From Phoronis australis (lineage: Eukaryota > Animalia > Phoronida), in contig NMRA01000636.1 of the NCBI GenBank assembly GCA_002633005.1, positions 44,171 to 108,170 on the forward strand: a stretch of 64,000 nt of DNA, in the 5' to 3' direction. Numbering within the stretch: position 1 is the first letter of the stretch; every line of letters starts with the position of its first letter. Both the position numbers and the translations under genes were made by a program. A model generated the notes under the pieces. That model searched no databases, was not told where the DNA came from, and saw only the letters and a program-made list of their open reading frames with translations. Of the stretch, positions 53,401 through 64,000 are shown piece after piece.

Positions 53401-53642
53401 GAAATAGGGACTGCTCAAAGAAAAAGTTTCATAACAGGAGTATTTGTTCGAGTTGGAAGGAATTAAACACATCGACAACCTCCTAAGGTGTTCCTCTATG
53501 CGCAAAAGGTATTTATAACAATGTGACTTTGATGGTTTAGTCGGTGCGAGGCATAATTCACCGAAAAGCTTCCGGCATACAGAGCGCCTATAGGAGCTGC
53601 ATCGCCTCTGGTTCGGGCCAACAGAGGCGATGGTCATTGCCT
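50493..53642. mobile_element. Long-TIR (about 300 bp) element, Mutator-like, left arm interrupted
   Basis: AGGCAATGACC...GGTCATTGCCT with 9-bp TSD ATCACGACT (alternatively TAGG ends with 7-bp TCACGAC); explains the duplicated 'MTIASVGPNQ' ORFs on opposite strands. Confidence 0.75.
50676..52899. mobile_element. Nested TIR element with 9-bp TSD
   Basis: TAGGGACGTGACAAA / TTTGTCACGTCCCTA, TSD GTTTAATTC; the uninterrupted site is visible in the host's right arm at about 53460-53468. Confidence 0.8.
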
Positions 53643-53847
53643 ATCACGACTGACGACACTAAGAAAACATTTTTCTTATATATGGTTATGAGTCATCAGG
53701 AAATTCGAGTGCCTGTGCTCAGTCGGATAAAGCATGCCCATTTCATTGGTATTTCAAATTCTGTCTGGAATACTTAAACAAGAAAATGAAGTGTCATAAT
53801 ATACAATTCCCTGCTCTCTTGGATCAGGCGCACCACTTCACACTCAC

Positions 53848-54060
53848 CTTTTCGTGAAATCTACAGCATTTGAGAAGATACTCAACAAATTATATTCGTC
53901 TCCCGAGCGTTTTCCCTTGATCCAAGATGTCCGCTAACGACCGTACGTTCGTGAGAGGACAAAACTGCCTTCTCGCGAATGAACTCACGGTCGCGAGAGT
54001 ACAAAAATTATATTCAGGCGATCGAGGTCACGGTTGCAAGAGAGCAAATTGTCTTTTCGC
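53848..54060 (-). promoter_or_regulatory. Candidate promoter and non-coding exon 1 of the DIDO1-like gene
   Basis: Strong minus-strand donor AAG|gtgagt at 53847; CpG-richer sequence outside recognisable TEs; TCTCGCGA-type motifs near 53971 and 53992. Confidence 0.45.
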
Positions 54061-54111
54061 AAATGCAAACTAGCTTACATTCGCAAGAAGTAAAAAAAAA
54101 CCCCAAAACAC

Positions 54112-56635
54112 CATTTACTACGTAAGCCAACACTGCGTGTATTATCTTACTCATATGGAATACATTTGCCTGCGCGAAAGTAGTTCACTTCTATCATTTT
54201 GCTCAGTAGACGGCGCTTTTGTAAACATGGTGGCTCGCGATTTCTGGTTTAGGCAGTAGACATATCGCGTTTTTGAATCAATGTAAATGTTACTGAACAA
54301 CTGTTGTAAATGTCGACTCAAATCAATGTCCGAACCGGGATTCTAACCTGAGACCAGCCATGTACGCCTGCACGGTAGTACTTGCTTAAAAAGTGAGTTA
54401 AAAGGGGTCTGAATTGAAAATATATTGGTGATTTTCGACACATTGCTGTGACTGTGGCCGCTTGGACTTCGACTTCAGAGTTTAGTCTTATCAACCTAAC
54501 TACTTTGGAAACAAGTCGGATATATTGTTCCCTGGTTTAGAGAATGGTGCTATCAATATGTTGTAATAACTTCAGTGCAGGTTCACTAGTTATACCTCAT
54601 GGAATCAGGCTGTTAGTGTTAGTAGTGTTAGTCAGATGGATCACGGTCGGTGACAGCAAATGTCGAGACTTGACCAGGTGATTACATGTGTTGTTGGTCA
54701 CTTTATACTAGGGAAAAATGGGAAATGAACAACAGGACAAGGACATGGTCAAAAAAAGTTGATGAATGTAACAACTGAATAACATTCCTATTATTCGGTG
54801 TATTAGATAGTGACCACCGTCTCTAGCTGGTTTCAGTAGAGACAGTGAAGCGCCTCTGAGAGTTTCATACATTGATAGATTTTTGGTGACTTATGCCTCA
54901 CTCTGATTAAAACATCAAAGTCATGTTGTTTAAGTACCTCTTGCTCATAGAGGGACACCTAAGGTACCCATTGATATCTTTAATTTCTTGTTGTGAGAAG
55001 TTTGGTCATCATTTGCTTTTGTTTACGAGTCAGTCAACATGCCACACTGTTTCTGCGTACCGGGATATACTCATTATCACCCAGAGCCTGTAAGCAGCCC
55101 TGCTGCGATGTTGAGTAGTGGGAGTGAATACAGGCCCAGTTGGGCATCGAGTGAAGAGGACAGTTCGTCGTCCAATGAACAGTTCGGTGAGCCACACATT
55201 GATAAGTTTATTGTGTACTTGTGTAAAATATTGGAGCTATTTAGAAGGTGCCAGGTGTGTGGCGAGGGAGTTACACGACGGGACTTAAGCAGCTTGTGTG
55301 CTCAGGTAATCATGCAGTGGGAGTGTGTTGCGGGACACTCGGACAAGTGGGACAGTTGTTCCTCTGTCCATGAGACGATAATGAGTACATCTCGACATGC
55401 AGCAACAGTGTGCCATGTTGACTGACTTGTAAACAAAAGCAAACGACGGCTGAACTTTACACAACGGAGGTGGAGTGATGACTGCCTCGGCAGCTCTCAC
55501 AGTCGCTCTATATGAAAAGAAATTGGTGCGAAAGTGTTGCCTCCCAAAACGTCACTTCCGGAGTAGCAAATGAGTAATTGTTTCAATTATAAAAAACTGT
55601 ATTTAAATGAAAAATATGTCTGGGATAATAAAAAACCTTATTTTTGCTAAAAATGACATGAAAAAAGTTGCCTTCGTCTTTAAGGGTTTTACAGGCAGGA
55701 AATCTTGAAACACCACCCAAGTTCATTGTGTTATGCTTGAGTACCCAACACCGCCATCACCAACCCCAGGCATTTACTACGTAAGCCAACACTGCGTGTA
55801 TTATCTTACTCATATGGAGTACATTTGCCTGCCCGATAGTAGTTCACTTCTATCATTTTGCTCGGTATTAAAGACGGCGCTTTTGTAAACATAGTGGCTC
55901 GCGATTTCTGGTTTAGGCAGTAGGCCTATTGGGTTTTTGAATCAATGTAAATGTTACTGAACAACTGTTGTAAATCACTCAAATGCCGACTCAGATCAAT
56001 CTCCAAACCGGGAATCTAACCTGGACTAGCCATGTACGCCTGCACTGTGGCACTTGCTTAAAAAGTTAAAAGGGGTCTGAATTGAAGATAAATTGGTGAT
56101 TTGCGACACATCACTGTGACTGTGCCCGCTTGGACTTCAGTCTTATCATACCCAACTACTTTGGAAACAAGTCAGATATAATGTTCCCTGGTTTTCAGAA
56201 CGACACTATCAATATGTTGTAATAACTTCAGTGCAGGTTCACTAGTTATACCTCACGGAATCAGGCTGTTAGTGTTAGCCATATGGAACACACCACTGAC
56301 AGCAAATGTCTAGACTTGACCAGGTGAATACACGTGTTGTTGTTCACTTTGTACTTGGGAAAAATGGGAAACGAACAACAGGACAAGGACATGGTCGAAA
56401 AAAGTTGATGAATGTAACAACTGAATAACATTCCTATTATTCAGTGGATTGGATAGTGACCACTGTCTCTAGCTGGCCCCAGTAGAGACAGTGAAGCCCC
56501 TCTGAGAGTTTCATACATTGATAGATTTTCGGTGACTTATGCCTTACACTGATTAAAACATCAAAGTCATGTTGTTTAAGTTCCTTTTGCTCATATAGGG
56601 ACACCTTAGGTACCCATTGATGTCTTTAATTTCTT
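54112..56635. repeat. Direct duplication of about 870 bp (54112-54989 and 55771-56635)
   Basis: Both copies start catttactacgtaagccaacac and end tctttaatttctt; scattered substitutions and indels. Confidence 0.9.
55039..55683 (+). pseudogene. Internally deleted THAP/Cys-His transposase remnant (Kolobok-like)
   Basis: MPHCFCVPG (THAP start) fused to KFIV...LELFRRCQVC...ECVAGH..KWDS; ends in gccttcgtct|ttaa. Confidence 0.5.
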
Positions 56636-57061
56636 CCAACTCAAACAAATACTCCTGTAATGTACCTTTTTCTTCAATCAGTCCTTTGTTCAGTTGCCGA
56701 AATCGTCAACTGGCCAGTTTTACACTGCGCGCCCACCCATTTTTACTGCACCTTCCAGTGTGAGGCATAATTCGCCTTAAATCTTCCGGCATATGTTACT
56801 ATCAGTGGATGAAACTTGTTATCCATGTCAGGGACCAGTATATCCGAGCAGAGTCATATTTTGTAATTCTGTAACTATAGAATTTCAGCAAACGGTTAAC
56901 TAAACATATTTCCTATCTGTAGTATTAAAATTGATCAGCTTGATTTAAATTTTACCGCCGTAAGTCAACTCACTTGGACACAGATAATTCTAAGAGGCAC
57001 ATCAGTCATGCCAGTAAAAATTGAAGGCCTTTAATTGCTATTTGCGTGTATTTAATTTCAG

Positions 57062-60000
57062 ATGGTGAACTGTAATACTCCACTGAAAAAGGCAAAGTCA
57101 AAGACATGCATATTATGTGGCAAACTGTTATACTCCGACTCTCACACACACAAAGTTAAAAAATGCTGCATTAAAGCAGAGGTACTTGAATTTTTTTGAA
57201 CTCGTTAACACTCAATTCAACAATGATTTGCTGGACAATAGGGCTGAGTTTATCTGCAGCTCATGCATTTAGTTTTGTAGAAAACTCACACAGCTGCAGA
57301 AATCAGCAAGAATGGATGTCGGCATTCTCATTGCGCAGTCTGAAGATCGACAGAAACATGTACTACTTGATTCGCCATCTGTTTCTAAGAAGCCAACAGG
57401 AGCAAAGAGATTGTTAAATTTTGAGTCCGAGTTAGTTGACCATGGGTATTCAGTATCTGAGGATTATCAACAATCCAACCCTTTCCTGTCAAACGTGTCT
57501 AAAGACTCAACTGAGCAACTTGATCGGAAACTGTTGTTTAAAATCAGTACATCTTTGGATGATCTTTGCATTTACCCATACCAAAAAAGGCCTTCCTGCA
57601 AACACTTGCCGCAAGCTTGCCGCAAAGTTGTGACAAGCTTGCTGCAAAAGTTTCTGCAAACCAGCCGCAAACACATGGAATCATCTCTGACCAAAGAATG
57701 GATGCAAATTTCCTGCAACCCAGCCGCAAACATTGACGCAAGCTTGTCGCATGTTTGCCGCAAACATGCAACAAACTTTTACCATACAATTGAAGTTTGC
57801 CGCAAGCTTGCAGCAAACATCTCTATGTTCTTATATGGAACAGTTCCTGCAACCCAGTCGCACACATTGCTGCAAGCTTGCCGCAATCATCTTCATGAGG
57901 TAGTTTCTGCGAACCACCGGAAAAAATATTGCTGCAAAACTACAACATACTTGAATTGTGGCATGAATAATTTAATGCAGAAATGTCCTTGTCAAATACA
58001 TAATTTTTATTGCATGCCAACTTTTTAAAACAAGAAAATACAGAATCAGCTGCATACTGGACTTAACATGATAATTTTCAATCTTATGTATAATGACTAG
58101 AAACGAAACCAAAATCACATGACAATGAATAACAGAAACTATAAAAGTGTCTACAGTGACAAATAGTAGTAATACTTGTATTACAATCAAAATTGTGTCT
58201 AGAGAGAACAACTTGAATGTATGCCAAGATGATTTGATCTTAACGCACGACAAAATCTATGGTAATTGCAACAATGATGTTACTTACCTGACTAAACTAA
58301 CAACAGCAACACAGCGTTGGAATGCGCCCAACGGGTTGTTTATTAGCATTGAAAATGGCGCAAAATATTTGAATGCCAGTGGAGAAAACCATGAAATCTG
58401 ACTTTCCCCCGTGTAAAGGCATTCTTAGAACAGCAAGTCGAGCATATTTAAGCATTTTATTTTAAATTACCTCATTACTTGTCAACTGAAAAAAATCACT
58501 CTTAACAACTATAAACATATTTATTTTTCCCTTGTTCATCTAAAATACTTGAAAACTGTCGAATACTACACCGATTACTATTTTTAATTCCCAATATGGT
58601 TTCATGATACATCAGTCTACTGAATAGGCTATCATTGAACTTGTACGTTGAAATTTGCAATATATTGACTATAGCGATATCATCCAGTAACATCATTCAT
58701 TCATCTAAGGCATCAACATAAATTATACCTTTCCATTCTACAATATTACCATGGTATTGAAAAGAACAACTACAGAGGTTGTCCAGTTATAACCATACTA
58801 GTAGACGTTCTAAACGCATTCTACTCCAGACTAATCTGCATTACAGCAATCACTGGTGTTCCATAGGGATCATGGGATGATCGCTCCAGTTTTCTTCCAT
58901 GTTTGTTCTAACCAACCTTGAGACGCTGTCTATGCCATTTGTTCCGGTGTTTTCAACTCAAACTTGTTGCCTCATAACCTCTGCAGTGTGTCTGGCTTTC
59001 ATCAAGTACATTATGTCACTCAATATTCATAAACCTAAAATATGAAGGCTATTTCACTTTCCACAAAAAGGCATTTTGATAGAAGTATTAGAATCTCAAT
59101 TATGTTTTAAGTCGAACTTTTGCTCTTGCTCATGATTGAACAGACAGTTGAACTTGTGTTCAATAGTTTGACTGCAGAGACTGAGAACTGGCGTATGACT
59201 GCAATGTGATGGCAGTTAAAACACCTTCCAGTAGTTAATATACAATATGCAAATCTTATTTTGTGCCCATTAGTTAACATGCATTAAACCAAAATAAAAA
59301 TTTCTTTTTCCTATTCTGTGAATCAAACAGTCAGAGAGTGATGTGAAAATTGACATAAAATTAAGTTTTACAGTCTCAAGTGATTAATTTGAAGGACTGG
59401 TTGCAATTGTAACTTGACAACGTTTTGGAAACATAGTTGATTCTGGTCTCAACCCCAACTCATTTGAAATTTGTACTGTACTTTTCCCTAACCATTATAA
59501 CCTCCAATTTGGCTGAATCAGTTAGAAAAGCAACTTCCTTTTGTTTGTGAAACCAAAACTACTGATTCATGAATGAAGTCTAAGCATGTTACTTAACAAT
59601 CACGTCACCATAAATACAATTTTAAAATCAAAACTCACATCCATACAGTTCTTCTGTTATCCATGTAGAGTGTATGCTGTACCAAAACTGTTTGAATGTG
59701 GTTCAAGTGAAAGCTTATAGGTCACTTCCCAGGCACGTCACCTTGACAACCACATGCTTTCCTTGATGAGTTCAACATGTACCTGGACTAGAATAATTAA
59801 AGTAAACAATAACCGTAGAAGTATAAAACAATAAAATAAGGTTTCACTAGTGAAATTTAATTTTGTGCAGTACCACAAGAATCCCGAGCCATATCCAAGT
59901 CCGTACCATAGCTGCTGACAGACAATATTTTGAAAAATTGTGAGTCTTCACACAATGCTAAATGTCCTTGAAAAATCCAAATGAGTAATTTTTGGCAATT

Positions 60001-61060
60001 ATTTTTGTCCGATATAGACAAAATTTTACTGTAGCTACAGTGGCTGCTACCACCTGATTATGGGATAATTTCAAATGTTGGAAAAGTACACAAATTGCTC
60101 TAAATGCTAATACTTGCACATTTGGTAAAAATGGATCATATATTTGTGTATGGTTTGTATTGATATTTATTATGCTTGTTTAAACAACATGCAGGTAACA
60201 CTGCCTTTGTTGTTTCAAAGCAATTGCATTTAATATTTTGCTGTACTGACTTTGACAGCAGTATGAAAGTTGAAAATTAGTATAGTGACTGAATAAAAAC
60301 AAAGTACATAAAGACGCAGTCTTTTAGGTCACATTTGGGCATCTTTGAGCATTTGCTGTTTTTAACAATGTAACTTACACAACAGTAGGTCACATTTAGG
60401 TAAGTTATCTAACATAAGTACCTGCCCTGCTCAGGGACTGGTATTTGAGATCTCTCATAATTTCTATCATTGTCACAATCTTAATGCGAAATTTCGTGCA
60501 AGCACTATTTCACCTATTAAGTTTGTTGTAGTCTTTCCACAATTTTGTTATTTAAAGTTTCCCGCACGTTTACCTCAAAAACTCTTTTATCTATATGTTT
60601 CCTGAGAACACTTTTCACCAATAAAGTTTCCTGCAACTTTCCCGCAAACACTTTTTCACTAATAAAGTTTCCTGCAACTTTCCCGCAAACACTCATCAAT
60701 AAAGTTTCCTGCAACTTTCCCGCAAACACTTTTTCAATCACCAAGTTTGTCGCAACTTTCCTGCAAACTTCAGTGTTTGCAGCAAGGTTGCGGCAATGTG
60801 TGCGCCTGAGTTGCGGGTAGCGGCAAACTCCTGCAAACTTTGCGGCTGGTTTGCTGCAAACAAAATTGTTTGCCGCAAGCTTGCGGCATGTTTGCTGCAA
60901 GCTTGCGGCATGGTTGCTGCAAGCTTGCGGCAAACATGGTCTTTGGTATGGGAAGAATTCAGAAAAAAATGTGCTTAGACTTCCCATGAGGGACCTGGAT
61001 GACAAGCCGTTTCTTTGGAAAATTGTGAAAGAAGTGGAAAATCGTCCACATGGGCTACCA
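57062..61060 (+). pseudogene. Decayed TE-like ORF (CxxC...CxxC finger, DHGY motif) split by an EnSpm-like insertion
   Basis: TCILCG...FICSSC with one frameshift and one stop; continues ...SLDDLCI / KNSEKNVLRL...FLWKIVKEVENRP across the insertion. Confidence 0.5.
57575..60952. mobile_element. Non-autonomous EnSpm/CACTA-like element with CCC termini
   Basis: CCCATACCAAA / TTTGGTATGGG; dense subterminal gccgcaagcttg/ctgcaaac repeats at both ends. Confidence 0.7.
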
Positions 61061-61211
61061 CATCTGTGTGTCATTCACTTCATATTGCTGTGACTAAGAA
61101 TGACTTCAATGTAGCCATAATGTAAGGGATACATGTAGATGTGTGCCAAAAAGCCTCAACTCTGTGCTACAGAGGCTAATGTCTGCTGCGTGTATTCGTC
61201 ATCATGCTGGC

Positions 61212-61883
61212 TGTCAGAATATAGACTGACACTGTTTTTAGTTGCATTGTATTGTTTTGTTTTGTTGTTCTGTTTGATTGGCATGACCCCTGATTTAAGT
61301 ACAGTGATGATGTAATTTGTTTACTGCAGTATAGTTTGGAACTTTCTAGAAGAATCTAGCAGGACAGTGATTCATGTAGTCTGGAATATTCTAGAGACTA
61401 GTACATGTTTGTAGAATGATTGGGTAGATTCTGGAAAGTTCTGGCATGTGCTTGAATTGATGAAAAGTTCTTGAAAATTGCATTAGGCTATAAATACACA
61501 GGCACGGGGTTTGTATTAGTCAGTTCATCAGAAGTTCAAGAAAGTTAATCAGGAGAATTACAGTTGAGTTGCAGTGAAGAGAATCAGCAGTTACAGCTAT
61601 AGTCAATACAGAGCCAGCTATAGAGACAGCAGGTTATTGAATCGACGAGTGTAACAGTTGCTGAATGTGTCTCAGAAATTCATCACAAGTCAAGACTCGC
61701 AGCACTGGCTGGAGCATAAACAGACATTACGTCGGAGGATTTGTTTGAGTAGGCTTGTGAAAATACGGTCGGGATTAATAAAGGATTAACTCTAACCAGT
61801 CTTCAGTCAATCGTCGCACCGAAAGCTATTAGCACCGGTCTGTAACAACCTGCGCCCACCCACATTTGGGGGAAAACGTGACA
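61212..61883 (+). mobile_element. Solo LTR (672 bp), 5-bp TSD
   Basis: TGTCA...TGACA, TSD CTGGC, TATAAA at about 61488 and AATAAA at about 61777. Confidence 0.85.
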
Positions 61884-64000
61884 CTGGCAATGGTGTATGT
61901 TTGAACATTTATCAGATGGATCACATTTATAGCTTATAATTGTTTTTAACATATATTTTTAGCAAAGGTGACATAGTTGATGATAGCAATTATATCCGTG
62001 ATATATTACATTAAAAATTCTGCAGATTGATACAACCTCCTAAATTCAGAACACAGAAATCATGGCTGAAATTTAATTTTTTCATCTTGAAATTTGAGGC
62101 ATGAGTGATTTGTATATTTTCGCACTTTTCAAATTCCTAACACTATGTTGTAGCATAACAGGTTGCAAGAATACTCCTGTAAGTTCATAAAAAGCGACTC
62201 TCATGACAAACTCCGACTTTGATCAAAATATTCACTGTCCCAAACTAGAGAATTTTTGCGTAATTAATTTTTGAAATTCAGTGTGTAATTAACTGATGGA
62301 TGGCTGTTGTTTATAAGAGGATCTGCTTTAAGAAAAAAGATAAAAGTGATGGCAATTTATTGTTTAGTTTTTGATCTTTAGTGATGGTGTGGTAGTTTAC
62401 ATCAGCTTTAAAAATGTCAGTGATGAAAGGTAGAAGTCATAAGTGGCAACAGATATCAATAGTCTATTTCAGTTAATGACTCTGAAGCAGATAATAGTAG
62501 CAGTACCCATGTAGTTAAAGAGTCATGACATAATGCTTTCGATTTAAAAATCTTGGACTTTCTGATATGTAGGCTATGAGTGTTTTTATCACAAGAAATG
62601 ACGTGTGTTGTTAAAATCAGTTGCATAGTGAGTTAGCCACTGAATGATCTCAGTGCTAAATATGCTTAAGGGGGTTTTGATCAAAGAATAATATTTTTAT
62701 TGGTTAGACTGATACATACCAAGGAACTTGTGCCATGTGATAAAATGTTATTGTTTACATATGTTTTGGAAAAAATAAATGGTTTAACAAGATAGTGAAA
62801 CATTACAATTGTCTTTAGCGTCTAACGTCAATGTTTAATACAGGATTAATTTTACATAAACATTTAAAATGTTATGGATTTCGTATATATAGGTAAGGTT
62901 AAGAATGCATGCCTACATGATGTTTTCTGCACATTTGTGGCTTTTATAACACTATCACTGATGGTGTTACTCTATCAAAAATCGAAAATTGAAGGGCAAT
63001 TTTGACAGTAAAATCACCCATGAAAATCTTACTTTAATGATTTGGATTTCCGACTCTGTTCCAATTTTTGTACTTCAGGGTGACCTAAAAGGGCTACTGG
63101 GTTCCTTGTTAATTCCAGGTTGTTGTGTCTCTTGGGAGGCATTTTTTATTTAGTGCATCTGCATTGAATAAATTTATGTTTTTGATTATTTTTTGGCAGC
63201 TTTCCCAGATTTCCGTAAAACTTCCAGGCTCAGATTTGGAAATTCTGCAGTGGGTATTAGAAAAGGCATAAAAATTGGTGCTGTGAAACCTGTTGAGATA
63301 CGAATAGATGTTATTGAAAGTATTTTTTGTCTGCATTAAACTCACCATTCGAACACAATGTGTCCTTCGTTGATTACCACAATTGCCTTGTTTTGGAAGC
63401 TACTTCCTTCTTTTGGAAGCTAATTCCTTGTTTTGCAAGCGTTTCACACCATCACTTGTTGATGTCAGAGCCTCAGGGTTAGCATACACTACTTGATAAT
63501 TTCCTTTAATTATATCACTAATTGGAACACAAAGGCGGATTTAGGGGTGGGGGGTGCAGGGGCTGCTGCAAGAAAAATGAAACAGCAACAGCGCGACGCT
63601 TGATGAAATATAACTAGGACCAGTACTGGAGAAGGGGGGGGACTCGTACCCCAGATGGTGGCGGGCTCTCGTTCCCATTTTTTATTTTTTTATTTTTTAG
63701 TCGATAGATTTCATGAACAGGAGGTTCATACTCCGGGCCCCCGCAACTTTCAGGATGCCTGTACACATACAACCGCGCTCTGCCCAATGGGGCTATTCGG
63801 AGAATTCTCCTCGGGGTGTCGCTGCTGTACTAGTGGTGATTGAATTGCGCATGCGTGGCTATCTGCATGTAAACAACTGGTAAAAGATGGAATTTTTATC
63901 AAAATACGTCGTCGCGCTAAGCCTTATTACTGCTAATTTCCGTGGTGCAAGTCTTCGACAGGTGGCCACAAATTCCCAAAAGACCTAAGGTTACTATATT

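Noticed and set aside
54112-56635. Direct repeats as LTRs of a retroelement
   Set aside because: No TG...CA ends, PBS/PPT, TSD or gag/pol sequence.
57575-58028. Cys-rich C-terminal half of the 238-aa ORF, and the 185-aa ORF at 60517-61074
   Set aside because: Translations of subterminal TE repeats (gccgcaagcttg).
63346-63480. Exon-like segment with a gtgagt donor on the minus strand
   Set aside because: No sustained open frame (22-bp internal duplication and stops) and no partner exons.

Overview
AT-rich, repeat-dense animal (probably marine invertebrate) genomic DNA from a draft assembly, with N gaps at 7111-7142, 15247-15598 and 51964-52109. One real gene dominates: a minus-strand DIDO1/PHF3/PPS-family chromatin-transcription factor. 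I traced 16 phase-consistent GT-AG coding exons (42323 down to 2877, about 1216 codons) encoding a low-complexity N-terminus, a PHD finger, a DIDO-type Cys cluster, a BRK domain and a TFIIS-M domain; the expected SPOC exons lie beyond the window start. A candidate promoter and non-coding exon 1 lie near 53.85-54.06 kb. Introns and upstream DNA are packed with non-autonomous transposons. The most striking are Helentron-associated (HINE/DINE-like) elements built from 145-166 bp monomers, each carrying a CTCF-like motif (about 40-45 co-oriented copies counted by eye); a second HINE-like family carries ETS+YY1 motifs instead. Also present: nested TIR elements with exact 5-, 6-, 7- and 9-bp target duplications, Kolobok/THAP remnants, a pogo-like MITE, an EnSpm-like element, two solo LTRs, LINE remnants and minisatellites, one of which triplicates a PHD exon end together with its splice donor. 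All calls were made by eye without database searches.
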